A stretch of DNA of 64,000 nt from a virus (Duplodnaviria > Caudoviricetes): the IMG/VR virus record IMGVR_UViG_3300010262_000138, positions 32,001 to 96,000 of that record, one strand, 5' to 3'. Within the stretch, counting starts at the first letter, position 1. Each line of letters starts with the position of its first letter. Both the position numbers and the translations under genes were made by a program. This document shows positions 31,895 to 42,005 of this stretch, piece after piece. Under the pieces are notes generated by a model. The model had not been told where the DNA came from and ran no database searches. It worked only from the letters and a program-made list of their open reading frames with translations.

Positions 31895-32398
31895 ATGAAC
31901 GGAATTTGTTTTTGTGTAAACCTTTTCAAGTTTGACGGTTTCACCGTCCAGCAAGGCATGATCTATGGAACCTACAGAGGCCGGAAGTTTGTCACAAATG
32001 GGTTAAAGTGTGGTCAGCCGCAGGGAAAAGGCCGTTATTATCCGGTTTACTTCCAGCACATGAACGAAGCTCTTGAAACTTCATGGGAGAGGTGCGCCCT
32101 TTCTTTCTACGATGATCCGATTCTGTTTGACAAAATTGAACGCATGGCGGAAAAGCGGGAGGCAAAAGGCATAGAGCTTCACTATCTGACCCCGGCGGAA
32201 CTTGAACATAAGAGATGGGAAAAAGACCCGTACCATCATCATTTTCAGGATCATGATCCGTTTGCAACGCCGAAGGTAAGGGGATGCGCGAGGCCGCAGC
32301 AGGCCGCAAAGTACAACGCATCCAAAGAGCGGAAGTGCATGGCGCAGAGGGTAAATACGGTCATCTATATCAACGGGAACAACGTGACCGTCATCTGA
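31895..32398 (+). CDS. Hypothetical protein
   Basis: AGGAGG SD. Confidence 0.65.
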   Translation: MNGICFCVNLFKFDGFTVQQGMIYGTYRGRKFVTNGLKCGQPQGKGRYYPVYFQHMNEALETSWERCALSFYDDPILFDKIERMAEKREAKGIELHYLTPAELEHKRWEKDPYHHHFQDHDPFATPKVRGCARPQQAAKYNASKERKCMAQRVNTVIYINGNNVTVI

Positions 32399-32728
32399 GG
32401 GAGGCCGGGCATTATTGTCTGATTTGGAGGCCCGAAATCACCAACCACTTATTCATTTTCAGAGATGATATGCTCTACCGGGGTAACTATCCCTTTGAGC
32501 ATGTCATCTTTGTTTTTTGTAATAAGAATCAGCAGCAGAGGCCATAAGTGCGCAATGATGCAGGCGGTGCGAACCCAAAACCTGAACCGGAAACCGGAAT
32601 TTCAAATTGGATATGGTTTCGGATTTTGAAATTTGATTCAGGATTGGAATTTCAAATCTCGATCTCATTTTCCGGCTTGAAAACCTTTTGATCATATGCT
32701 ATTATTTCACCAGAGGGAGGCGAGGCCC

Positions 32729-32977
32729 ATGACAGATAAAGAGTTATTACAGGCAATGGCCGATCTGATGGACTTAAAATTGAAGCCGATCAATGAACGG
32801 CTGGATAAGGTTGAGCAAGGCCAGACGGCTTTGCGTTCTGAAATGAATGAACGATTTGACGTTATAGACAAGCGACTTGATGAAATTCAGTCCGATCTTG
32901 ACGATGCATGGGAAGATGTAGCAACGGCTGAAAAGCGCATTAAGAAGCACGAAAAAGAATTTCATAATGTAGGATAA
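32729..32977 (+). CDS. Coiled-coil protein (stand-alone moron)
   Basis: Own TTGAAA/TGnTATTAT promoter, GGAGG SD, heptad repeats, terminator 33001-33028. Confidence 0.65.
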   Translation: MTDKELLQAMADLMDLKLKPINERLDKVEQGQTALRSEMNERFDVIDKRLDEIQSDLDDAWEDVATAEKRIKKHEKEFHNVG

Positions 32978-33095
32978 ACCATAGCTAAAACCGCTGATAG
33001 GCCGCTCGGGATTCCGGGCGGCTTTTGTTATGCCTGAAATGGGTTTGGATTAGGATCAGAAATCCTATATAGGCAAGGGCAGAAAGGAAAACAGC

Positions 33096-33308
33096 ATGAA
33101 TGAAATGTATAATATGGACACATTTGAAGCAATGATTGACGATTGGCTGGCCGACCATGCAGAAGAGATGTGTGACCTAGAGATTGACGGTATCGATCAG
33201 GAGGAGGGTTGCTACTCAGCCACCGCGCACGACGACGGGGCAGCATATTTGCTAACCGACGGCGGGGATGGGAACATAGTTATTAATTATATATGTAGTA
33301 GACGATGA
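33096..33308 (+). CDS. Small acidic hypothetical protein
   Basis: AAAGGA SD. Confidence 0.55.
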   Translation: MNEMYNMDTFEAMIDDWLADHAEEMCDLEIDGIDQEEGCYSATAHDDGAAYLLTDGGDGNIVINYICSRR

Positions 33309-33516
33309 TTGCAGAAAGGACATAAACATGACTTATAAGACAAGATACGCAGCCAAAAAGGCGAGAGACACCCAGCCCGAATACAGCAGCGCGGATGTAA
33401 TCGTCAAAGTAGAGGGCGGTTATACTATTATGACCGCGTGGGACTATAAGGTTTGGAGAAGACAAAAGTAAGAAAAGGAGGCGATACATATCGATTCTAA
33501 GGCTCCAAAACGCGCA

Positions 33517-33568
33517 TTCTTAATTGGAATTGGCCTTTCAATTAGGAAACGGAAAACCATCCACATCA
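33517..33568 (+). promoter_or_regulatory. Putative sRNA target (TTGGCC hairpin + CCATCCACATCA)
   Basis: 13-bp stem with TTGGCC loop then exact 12-mer; 5' of ParB-like gene. Confidence 0.65.
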
Positions 33569-33620
33569 ATGATTTGAGATATAAAAAACAATAACCAAAC
33601 ATTGAAAAGGAGAACTGAAA

Positions 33621-34460
33621 ATGAATAACGCTATTACTTTGTCCACTATTGACCGCGACCGCATCATCAAGGAGACCATCTATAAGAACGCATACGATTC
33701 CGGAGCCGGAGTCAAGTATACCCGAATTCCTCTCTACCTGCTTGAAGTCCCCAGTTTCCAGAGGCCGGAGCAGAGAAACGTCAAGCGGATTGCTGAGAAC
33801 TGGGATGAAAGCAAGTGCGGAGCCATTACTGTTTCATACATAGAGGGCCGTTTTTACGTAACGGACGGACAGAACCGCCTTGCAGCGGCAAGACTGGTTG
33901 GCAAAGAAGATATCTACTGCATGATCGTTCAGGAAAGCTACGAGGAAAGCGCGAGACGGTTTGCGGCACAGGATGAGAATAAGGTTAAGGTTTCCCGATA
34001 CAGTAAGTTCCTCGCCTTGAAGGAAGCGAACGACAAAGTTGCAATGGGAATTTATGATGTATGCCAGAGGATGCAGATCAGGCTTGATCCCGACGTTCAG
34101 TCCGCGCAGGACAGGCTGAGATGTATGTCAGAGGTGGAGAAAATCTACCTCATTGGAGGCCCTGAAGGTCTTATGTGGGTATTTGAGACCATTGATAAGC
34201 TGAAATGGAGATATTCCATTGGAGCCTACAAGTCCCCAATCATTAGCGGGCTCGGCAGCGTTTATGAAAAGTTTTCACCATGCGCGGGAGCGGCGCAGAA
34301 CATCATTGTCAGCGATATGAAGCAGTATAATCCGGAGGGATTCATGCGCAAATTTAATGCGTTTAATGACAACGCTTTCAAACGTCAGGTTAAAAACTAC
34401 CTGTATGATTTGGTTATGAAGAATCTGTGTGACTATAACGGAGCTGAGGAGGTTGGCTGA
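33621..34460 (+). CDS. ParB/Srx-like domain protein (DUF6551-like)
   Basis: FQR...RIAENWD...VTDGQNRLAA motif. Confidence 0.7.
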   Translation: MNNAITLSTIDRDRIIKETIYKNAYDSGAGVKYTRIPLYLLEVPSFQRPEQRNVKRIAENWDESKCGAITVSYIEGRFYVTDGQNRLAAARLVGKEDIYCMIVQESYEESARRFAAQDENKVKVSRYSKFLALKEANDKVAMGIYDVCQRMQIRLDPDVQSAQDRLRCMSEVEKIYLIGGPEGLMWVFETIDKLKWRYSIGAYKSPIISGLGSVYEKFSPCAGAAQNIIVSDMKQYNPEGFMRKFNAFNDNAFKRQVKNYLYDLVMKNLCDYNGAEEVG

Positions 34461-34461
34461 A

Positions 34462-34716
34462 ATGCAGAAAACGGTCATCAATGGAGCCCTGCTGATTCTG
34501 GCGGGGCTCTTCTTTTCTCTCCTGACTGCATTGATGGGAGAGAGCGATATCACCGGAGGAATCTTTGTGATTCTGCTGGGGACCTGCGCCATAATTAGTG
34601 GATTTTGCAGAAAATCAAAAATGTGCTTGACAAAGCGGGGGAAAACCGCTAAGATTTGTCACAACACATATTTTTATTCTAACAAAAAGAAGAATAGAGA
34701 AAGGAAGCCGGCATGA
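34462..34716 (+). CDS. Small membrane protein
   Basis: Two hydrophobic segments, GGAGG SD. Confidence 0.55.
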   Translation: MQKTVINGALLILAGLFFSLLTALMGESDITGGIFVILLGTCAIISGFCRKSKMCLTKRGKTAKICHNTYFYSNKKKNRERKPA

Positions 34717-34870
34717 ACAACTTTATTCAAAAGCTGAAACTGCTTTCACAGTTCATGATCTTCCCAAGCACGAGCGAGCTTGTTCGCATGTATGAATGCA
34801 AAAACGAAATTGCGCTTGACAATTGTGTGCGGTCCATCATCGTCCATCATCTCGACGGGACATATTAAGC

Positions 34871-34945
34871 GGCGCCGGGTTGGCCCCGGTGTTGACTTTT
34901 AGAAAACCATCCACATCACAGCCGGGCATTTTTGCGCCATTTTTC
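34871..34945 (+). promoter_or_regulatory. Putative sRNA target
   Basis: GTTGGCC hairpin, CCATCCACATCAC, CCGGGC, TGCGCCATTTTT just before an AGGAGG SD. Confidence 0.65.
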
Positions 34946-35043
34946 AGGAGGTAAGAATTTGGAAGGCTTCTATACCGGGTACGGATACAGTTTAGACGGC
35001 GTAGAGTACGCCACTATTGACGAAGCGTGGGAGGCGCAAAGCG

Positions 35044-35313
35044 ATGCAGGAAATTAAAAACAAAACACTAATGCAGCGGCTTCTGGAGGCCGGATACCCG
35101 AGAGATCAGATGTTCAATCACGAATCAGACCTTTATATTTTTGTTACGCCTCTCACAAAAAGAGTGGTTGAGGAATGGTGTAAGGAAAATAAGTTTGACC
35201 GCCATTGGATGTGCCCAATTTTTACAGACCAAATCACCGGACGGCCCATGTATGATTGTGCTTTTCAATACGACGATTGGTGGGATGAAAGAGCCCAGAA
35301 GAGGTGTCAGTAA
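35044..35313 (+). CDS. Hypothetical protein
   Basis: GGAGG SD; HESDLY motif. Confidence 0.6.
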   Translation: MQEIKNKTLMQRLLEAGYPRDQMFNHESDLYIFVTPLTKRVVEEWCKENKFDRHWMCPIFTDQITGRPMYDCAFQYDDWWDERAQKRCQ

Positions 35314-35642
35314 TGTCAAAACCGAACGATTTACTTTTTGAGAAGGCCGAAGATCTTGGATGGCGTGTCCACTTTTATGATGACAATTCCATTGAATTTG
35401 AAACCTATAGTCCGGCCGGAGAGGATTTTATCTTTTCAATTGAAGGCAGGGATATCGTCAGAGAGGTTGCAGAATACGCCTATGATTTTGATGCGGATGA
35501 ACATGCCTCCATGTGGATAAATGCCAGAGAAAGAGTGCCCGGAGTCCCCAAAAGTGTCCGTACTCTGATTGACGATGCGGATGAAATTCAAAAGATGCTG
35601 GACGAATTAGCATATGCGCTGCGAGAAATGGGGGAGAATTGA
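35304..35642 (+). CDS. Hypothetical protein
   Basis: Coupled ORF; YSPAGEDF motif. Confidence 0.6.
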   Translation: MSVMSKPNDLLFEKAEDLGWRVHFYDDNSIEFETYSPAGEDFIFSIEGRDIVREVAEYAYDFDADEHASMWINARERVPGVPKSVRTLIDDADEIQKMLDELAYALREMGEN

Positions 35643-36133
35643 ATATGCCTACACCGAAACAGAGGGAGCGCGAGGCTCTTGAGAGTATCAGAAACATCGT
35701 TAAGTCCCTTGGTGATGATAGCTATATTGCCATTGCTCTTGAAGGATGCCTGGAGGACGCGGAGCGGAACATCGATGATGATGCCGCATACAGTATGAAG
35801 AACCGCCTTGAGAGCGCCGAAGACAAAATCCGTCAGGGTGAAGCGGAGTGGCAATTAATACGAAACAGTCTTGAGAGGGAACATCATATGGCTGAGGCTT
35901 TAAGATATGAATTGGCCGATGCTCAGGACGTGTGCAAACGGAAAGATGCGGAGATTTCCAAACTTAAATCCAGAATCAGCGAGCTGTTGGAAGATTCGAG
36001 ACTAGGTTCGGATTACATTTTGGATCAGAGTAATCGTATCTGTGAGCTTCAAAGCAGAGCAGAGTACGCAGAAGCCGAAGTAATCCGGCTCAAGGCAAAG
36101 CTGTATGATGCGCTGATTAAGGATAAGGAGTGA
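35639..36133 (+). CDS. Coiled-coil hypothetical protein
   Basis: Coupled ORF; ends LKAKLYD. Confidence 0.6.
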   Translation: MNMPTPKQREREALESIRNIVKSLGDDSYIAIALEGCLEDAERNIDDDAAYSMKNRLESAEDKIRQGEAEWQLIRNSLEREHHMAEALRYELADAQDVCKRKDAEISKLKSRISELLEDSRLGSDYILDQSNRICELQSRAEYAEAEVIRLKAKLYDALIKDKE

Positions 36134-36138
36134 TTATA

Positions 36139-36555
36139 ATGAGTGGCGCGGAAAGCCTTCTTTGTGAAATCCTGTCCTGCGGGGTAGACGATTTGGAAAT
36201 GCTTGACGGTTTCAGTCTTGACTGGGGCGAGGTATTGGACCAGATTGATTAGCCGCAGTACGGTCTTGGTTTTAACGATATTATGCGCGGCGTTTTCGCC
36301 TGTGGAATTATCAGAATCGAAAACGAAATTGACTGCCGCATTTGCGATTTAGAAAGGAGTTGTTCCGGCGAAGAGGAAGAGGAGGAGCTGGCCGCCTTAA
36401 AGCTTTTGAATCCGAATGAGGATATTACAGCATACTTCAACTGTTTGGACACCTATGTATACTTCCGGCAAAACGGGGAGATTTATCGCAGATATTTGGA
36501 GTATGAGCTTAATAATTTCTATGACAACACCGGCTTTGAGATAGAAGGAGAATGA
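36139..36555 (+). pseudogene. Hypothetical gene interrupted by in-frame TAG
   Basis: ATG 36139 after AAGGAG; single TAG at 36250-36252, frame continues into ORF 36283-36555. Confidence 0.55.
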
Positions 36556-37166
36556 ATATGGAAAACGAATTTGATGTTCACGAAACGATCTTATACCCGC
36601 TTACATATGACGATCTGGTGTTGATGGCGCAGAATACCAATCCGGCTCGCGGTTGTGTCGCAGAGGTTCTGCGGCGAGACCTGAAGGAGCTCCTGAAAAG
36701 CAAAGTAGAGGAATGCCTTGAGCTTTATGATGACCACATCGATGATATCTTTGCCGCTGCGTTTCCGGATGAAGGACTCAAAAACCATCCTGATTTCCCG
36801 GAAGAAAGGGCAGAGCAGCTTGCGCAGGAGATTTACAATTTCCTTCTGGCTCATGAGATGTGGATTGATACAAACATTTATTACAACGGAAAGTGTATGG
36901 CTACCAGCAATGCTGATATGACCAAGTTCCGGTATAACGGCGAGCCATTCATTTTAGAGGATAAAGATCCTCGTAAGTGCTTTGAGTATGTGGCGAAGGA
37001 ACACATTTTGAGCATGAGCTTTGAGGGGCCGTTCTACGAAGTTCTGAACGGATATGCCGGAGATTACGGTTGGGTTGTAGAGGATGAATTTTCAGATCTG
37101 CTAAAGAAATATGGAGTTTATTACGAATTGGGCAACGCATGGAATCTATCCTTATATCCGATTTAA
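36552..37166 (+). CDS. Hypothetical protein
   Basis: AAGGAG SD; LSMSFEGP..YELGNAW. Confidence 0.6.
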   Translation: MNMENEFDVHETILYPLTYDDLVLMAQNTNPARGCVAEVLRRDLKELLKSKVEECLELYDDHIDDIFAAAFPDEGLKNHPDFPEERAEQLAQEIYNFLLAHEMWIDTNIYYNGKCMATSNADMTKFRYNGEPFILEDKDPRKCFEYVAKEHILSMSFEGPFYEVLNGYAGDYGWVVEDEFSDLLKKYGVYYELGNAWNLSLYPI

Positions 37167-37181
37167 GAGGGGAGAAGTAAG

Positions 37182-38093
37182 ATGTACGATAAAGAATCGC
37201 TGGCAAAAATCAATGCGGAATATCTAGGCTCTCATTACAGAATTTCCGATCAGGATGTAAAAATTGCAAATGATTGGGTTGCCCTAATTGAAGCAAGCCG
37301 GGACCCTCACCGCCCTGTGGTGGGGGATATAATCCGTTTTACGAATAAGTACAGCGAATATTATCCTCATGCTCATATTGAAAAAGTCACAGAAGACGGC
37401 GCGGAGGTCTGTGAAAGTCCTTATGTTCCATTTGTAGGGCGTTTGTCCAACAATGATCTCTATTGTTCCACCAGCGGGGGAGCATGGACAACACTGGAAA
37501 TTGAGAAAATCCGGTATGCCGGCAAAGAGCTGAAAACCTTCTGCGATTGGGGAAGCTGCGGCGCCTGTGCTCATGGTGCGATTGACTTTGAAGCCGAGGT
37601 CAACGTGTGGGAATATACCGCAGAGCACCTTCGCTTTGGAGAATTTACGACAAGGAATTGGAGACGGGATTTTATTTCCTATTGCGAAAAAGACAGAGAC
37701 GGCATCCCATATCACTATTTTGGTAATTATCATGCGTATAAGACGGAGAAAGAGTATATGGCATGGCTCCTGACCTATAAAGGAGTGGAATTTGAAGGAA
37801 ACTGGCCGAATCAAACGGTGGTTTTCTTTTACCGGAAGGCAGAGTACTTAATTTCTCGGGAAGAATGGGACAAACTCAGTTATCCCACAGATACTCGCAT
37901 GATGAACGGTTCCATTATGCTGATCAAATATTGGTATGACGACGAGCAGCACGTCATTCATGAATACCGGTATGACAATAAGGGAGATTTGGATTGGCGC
38001 ACTTGCTATCCCTACCGCGCTGCGATGGAAAGAATCGAAAGAGGAGAATTCAAGAGGAAAATCAGTCCGCAGACAAGATTTGGGGAGGAGTAA
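37182..38093 (+). CDS. DUF4121-like protein
   Basis: STSGGAW...FCDWG..GACAHGAI.F.A.V.VWEY motif. Confidence 0.55.
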   Translation: MYDKESLAKINAEYLGSHYRISDQDVKIANDWVALIEASRDPHRPVVGDIIRFTNKYSEYYPHAHIEKVTEDGAEVCESPYVPFVGRLSNNDLYCSTSGGAWTTLEIEKIRYAGKELKTFCDWGSCGACAHGAIDFEAEVNVWEYTAEHLRFGEFTTRNWRRDFISYCEKDRDGIPYHYFGNYHAYKTEKEYMAWLLTYKGVEFEGNWPNQTVVFFYRKAEYLISREEWDKLSYPTDTRMMNGSIMLIKYWYDDEQHVIHEYRYDNKGDLDWRTCYPYRAAMERIERGEFKRKISPQTRFGEE

Positions 38094-38095
38094 AA

Positions 38096-38479
38096 ATGCA
38101 ATACGATGTGAGCTATTTAGCTGAGGTTGTCAATGACGCACTCAATGAAGAAGAGTGGTTTCATATGTGCACAAAAAACTTGCCGCGTGGATATATTCCC
38201 GATATGGATCCGAGCTCGGCTCATCGATGGGGCGAGCTAACAGAGCGAAGGTCTGGTGCGTGGAATGCTGTGTCGGTAGCCTGTAAACTGCTTGAAGTAG
38301 ATCAGGCTCGTCTGATTGCGGTGGTAAAGAGCATAAACCGCAATGAAAGACGAAACAAGTATCGGTTTGCAGTACATATCAAATACGAAGATGCCTTTAG
38401 AGAGTATGTTTCTTCTGCATGGGATCGGATTTGGTCAGAGGAATATTATCAAAGTACGGGCAGGAAGATAAAAAGATAG
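38096..38479 (+). CDS. Hypothetical protein
   Basis: GGAGGAG SD before ATG 38096. Confidence 0.55.
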   Translation: MQYDVSYLAEVVNDALNEEEWFHMCTKNLPRGYIPDMDPSSAHRWGELTERRSGAWNAVSVACKLLEVDQARLIAVVKSINRNERRNKYRFAVHIKYEDAFREYVSSAWDRIWSEEYYQSTGRKIKR

Positions 38480-38490
38480 GAGTGATTCAG

Positions 38491-38925
38491 GTGGCGAAAA
38501 CAGAATTAAACAAGACTTTAGAACTCCATAAAATGTGGATAGATGGTAAGGAAGGCGGGATAAAAGCAGACCTGAGAGGGGCAGACCTGAGAGGGGCAGA
38601 CCTGAGAGGGGCAGACCTGAGAGGGGCAGACCTGAGAGGGGCAGACCTGAGAGGGGCAAACCTGAGATATGCAGACCTGAGAGGTGCAGACCTGAGAGAT
38701 GCAAGCCTGAGAGGGGCAGACCTTGACTTTTCCTGCTTTCCGATATGGTGCGGTGGTTTACATATTAAGACTGACCGCAGAATTATGGCACAACTCGCTT
38801 ATCATTTCTGTGCTCAGGACTGTGACGATCCTGATTACTTGAAGGCACGTAATGCCATTCTGGATTTTGCAAATACATTCCACCGCGTTGAAGAATGCGG
38901 AAAATTGGAGGTGATTGGAGAATGA
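38491..38925 (+). CDS. Pentapeptide repeat protein
   Basis: (ADLRG)n; LELHKMW N-terminus. Confidence 0.85.
   Translation: MAKTELNKTLELHKMWIDGKEGGIKADLRGADLRGADLRGADLRGADLRGADLRGANLRYADLRGADLRDASLRGADLDFSCFPIWCGGLHIKTDRRIMAQLAYHFCAQDCDDPDYLKARNAILDFANTFHRVEECGKLEVIGE
38566..38715 (+). repeat. 15-bp tandem repeat GCAGACCTGAGAGGG x10 (first 6 perfect)
   Basis: Directly visible. Confidence 0.95.
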
Positions 38926-38955
38926 GCGATCTAATTAGCCAAGGAGGGACAAACA

Positions 38956-39294
38956 ATGGCTGACTGTTGTAACTGCGTACATAAGAAATTATGTTATGAA
39001 ATTTGTGAATTGGAATATGACTACGATGATTCAACGTGTAGTTGGTGTATGTCTCCAACCTGTCCAGAGAAAACAGAGTGCAAATACTTTACCCCCGTCA
39101 TCGATGCCGCGACTATGGGGCATGGGCGGTGGATGTCGGTTGATATATTCGGTGAAGACCCGTATTCCTGTTCAGAGTGCGGAAACGGTGTGAATGTTTA
39201 CGGGTATGATTTTTGCCCCAGCTGCGGTATGCCGATGACCGATAGAGCTATTGAGATTCTGAAGAAGAGAATGGACGGGGCTGATAATGAGTAA
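38956..39294 (+). CDS. Zn-ribbon hypothetical protein (HGRW...CSECG...FCP.CG family)
   Basis: Motifs; paralogous C-terminus to 50227-50496. Confidence 0.6.
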   Translation: MADCCNCVHKKLCYEICELEYDYDDSTCSWCMSPTCPEKTECKYFTPVIDAATMGHGRWMSVDIFGEDPYSCSECGNGVNVYGYDFCPSCGMPMTDRAIEILKKRMDGADNE

Positions 39295-39321
39295 ATGGAT
39301 TTCGGTTGAAAGGAGCGCAGG

Positions 39322-39507
39322 ATGAACGATAGGTTCCCGAAAGATTGCTGGGATAAGAAGTGCCAGTATTTCCATGCATGGGACATGAGCGTTGATGACT
39401 TGTGTTGTGCTTGTGATTTGCTGAAAACACAATGCGACGCTTGCGACGAAGATTATTCGCTTTTGAGGTGCCCACTGAAAACGGATATGCCGGGGGAGAA
39501 AGTATGA
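39322..39507 (+). CDS. Small Cys-rich protein
   Basis: AAGGAG SD. Confidence 0.5.
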   Translation: MNDRFPKDCWDKKCQYFHAWDMSVDDLCCACDLLKTQCDACDEDYSLLRCPLKTDMPGEKV

Positions 39508-39806
39508 TTTGTGGAAGATGTGGTAAAGAGTTTAGACAATACCCACTCGCTCGTGCATCTTGGTATTGCGACGATTGTAGGAACGTATTGTTTAAGCCGA
39601 AGAAAAAGGTCATGACCAACGCCGACCGCATCCGGGCCATGACCGACGAGGAATTAGCAGAACTATTCTACGCGATAGCTGATAAAAGAGAGTCGTGTTT
39701 AAAAATCTGCAACAATCTTGACTGGTGCAGAAGAAATAATGCTCCGGAACCTATATGCCAGAATCACTATTTAGACTGGCTCCGCCAGCCAGCGAAGGAG
39801 GTTTGA
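39504..39806 (+). CDS. Hypothetical protein (CxxC + TNADRIRAM module), paralog of 51823-52116
   Basis: Near-identical 5' DNA to the second copy. Confidence 0.65.
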   Translation: MICGRCGKEFRQYPLARASWYCDDCRNVLFKPKKKVMTNADRIRAMTDEELAELFYAIADKRESCLKICNNLDWCRRNNAPEPICQNHYLDWLRQPAKEV

Positions 39807-40040
39807 CCATGAGCGACATACTCAAAATTGTGTTGGTAGCTCTTGCCTGCCCGCTTTATTTACCGTTGATATTGGAGGAGGATTGACCATCCATTTCGTT
39901 GAAAAGAATATTCATGGAGCATGGGTCATTTATGGAGATTTGAGAATCCAACATTATTATTACTTCACAAAACGAGAGGCGATGAGGCAATACCGAGAAG
40001 AATGGTATCGGAGGCAGGGGCAGTTTATTAACAGAAGGGT

Positions 40041-40850
40041 TTGATAATTATGATATCCATGAAAAATCGCGGTCCCGATGAAGATCTCGCACTTTCAAAA
40101 ATGCCGTTTTACTTCCGATATCGAAACGCAGCATGGAATACATATGTGAGACTTGGAGAGGTTATCAGGTCTACAAACCCGTATTTTGGGACTGAGGAAA
40201 AGCAATGCTCCGGGCATATCTGCCGGGTTTTGTGCCCCAATAAAACCTATGACGAGGCTCTTGTTATCCGGGACGACGGCACTGTATGGAAGATTTGGCT
40301 TTCCAATTTTCAAAATTGGAATCTAATTGCGGTACAAATTGATATATGAAGGGGTAAATGAAATGGGTAATTATCCTGTAAAGGAGTACGTGGTTTACCG
40401 AAATCCACATGGGCAGATTCTTATTGATTGGAATGAAACCCTGTGGGAATTCGGATATCCCTCATCTCCAAAGAGCGCCTGTGTAGAATTGGAGCGAGGG
40501 ATGTGTGAGGGCGGTCCTAATTTAATCATGGTAGCTGGTATGATGAGAAAAAAGTACGGGGAGGGACAGGGATGAATATTACGCACGAAGATGGTCTCTG
40601 GGTTATTGAATCAACGTCGGGAAGAACATTTCTCACCGAGCGTGAGGCTTATGAACTTACCGGAGAAGTATTACGGAAAGTGCTCTGGGGAGAGGTAGAA
40701 ATGCGATGGGATGAAGATTCACATTGGTCTGACATTCTCGCTGCAAAAGGCGAGATTGTTGAAGCTTTAACGGATTATATTGATAACTGTGTAGATGGAG
40801 ATACAGTGTTTGAAGCCGTGGAGCGGTTCGTAAATTTTGATAATGAATAG
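40041..40850 (+). other. Three small hypothetical CDSs (40041-40349, 40327-40575, 40572-40850)
   Basis: Co-oriented, translationally coupled ORFs. Confidence 0.5.
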
Positions 40851-40861
40851 TAAATCAAATG

Positions 40862-40954
40862 GTTCCGGCCTTGTGCCGGGTAGGGACTGGTCATCCTTAT
40901 CCGCTCCTTTCGGCGGGTACAGCAGCAATGCTGTGCCCGGCAGAGGGCCGGAGC
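40862..40954 (+). ncRNA. Putative four-way-junction structured RNA
   Basis: Long closing stem plus three internal hairpins in an intergenic gap. Confidence 0.45.
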
Positions 40955-40979
40955 GTAGAATGGCATATGGAGGACGAAA

Positions 40980-41360
40980 ATGCTAAAAGGTTATACGCCA
41001 TCTGAATATCGGGTTGAGACAACCTACGAACTGACTTTCGATGACGGTTGCGGAAATGGATTTGGATTTCCCTGCGATAAAGACGGTAACATTTTGGAAG
41101 GGGAGGAACAGAATCCAGCAGCCTATGAGAATTATTACTATTGTATGGAGCACCCAGAGCGGTTTGTTAGGATCAATAAGGTAGTCCCACAAAAGTTTAG
41201 GGTGCGTAACAATGCTCATGGGATATGTTCATGCGGAGCAGAAGTTGAGCTTTATAATCAATACCTTGGTGCATGTGAATGCCCGAAATGTGGACAGTGG
41301 TATAACCTGTTCGGCCAAGAAATTACGAATCCGGAATATTGGGAGGACGAGCCGTTATAA
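40980..41360 (+). CDS. Hypothetical Zn-ribbon protein
   Basis: GFGFPCD...C.CG...CPKCGQWYNLFGQ; GGAGG SD. Confidence 0.6.
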   Translation: MLKGYTPSEYRVETTYELTFDDGCGNGFGFPCDKDGNILEGEEQNPAAYENYYYCMEHPERFVRINKVVPQKFRVRNNAHGICSCGAEVELYNQYLGACECPKCGQWYNLFGQEITNPEYWEDEPL

Positions 41361-41375
41361 GGGAGGTTTTGACAG

Positions 41376-42005
41376 ATGGAATTATATGAACTAACTCTGG
41401 ATCAGCTTGAAGAGCTGCGCGATACCCTTTACTGGCAATGGCTTGATGAAAGCAAAATCTATGCGGACTATGAGGTAACAGATCAAGAAGTATATGATGA
41501 GTTCAGCGGCGTTTCATTTGTAAATGATGATTTCTTCTGCACTGCGGGGAAGGAGGAAGATTGTTGATTTCATATATGAAAAGCTATGATGCGTGGGAAA
41601 GCGATCCATACGGGGTTTGTTATATCCCTGAAAACAACGAGGGAGATCCGGATGACTGCTATACCAAAAATGACTTTATCAATCTGTGTGACGGCGATGA
41701 AATCAAGGCCAAAATCGTTTTTGATCTGTGTTCGTGGGAGCATCCGGAATGTATTTTAGATCAGTGGGACGAAGAAGATGAAGAGGCTTTACTTAAATTG
41801 AAGGGGAAGCATGATGATTGTTAGAGATTTGCGTGTCCTTAAAGCTATTGGACGCAGATATGGAATGGAGTTTGATCCCACCTTTAAGTACTGCGTAAAG
41901 CATGACTACAATTCGTTTTTACATATTTCATATCGTGGGGAGGAGTACCGGTTATTATACTTTCCGGGTTGTTTTTGCCCATTTTTGGTTCAGTGTGGCC
42001 AGTAA
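41376..42005 (+). other. Three small hypothetical CDSs (41376-41567, 41561-41824, 41811-42005)
   Basis: SD-preceded coupled ORFs. Confidence 0.5.

Noticed and set aside
36250-36252. Genome-wide stop codon reassignment
   Set aside because: Core genes are intact under code 11 and use TAG/TGA as normal stops; the two large breaks are explained by introns
38566-38715. CRISPR array
   Set aside because: Contiguous coding 15-mers without spacers; no repeat-spacer array seen in the window, and the Cas4-like nuclease sits in a replication module
39504-39650. DGR template/variable repeat pair with 51823
   Set aside because: Differences are not adenine-specific, lie at a gene 5' end, and no reverse transcriptase is in the window
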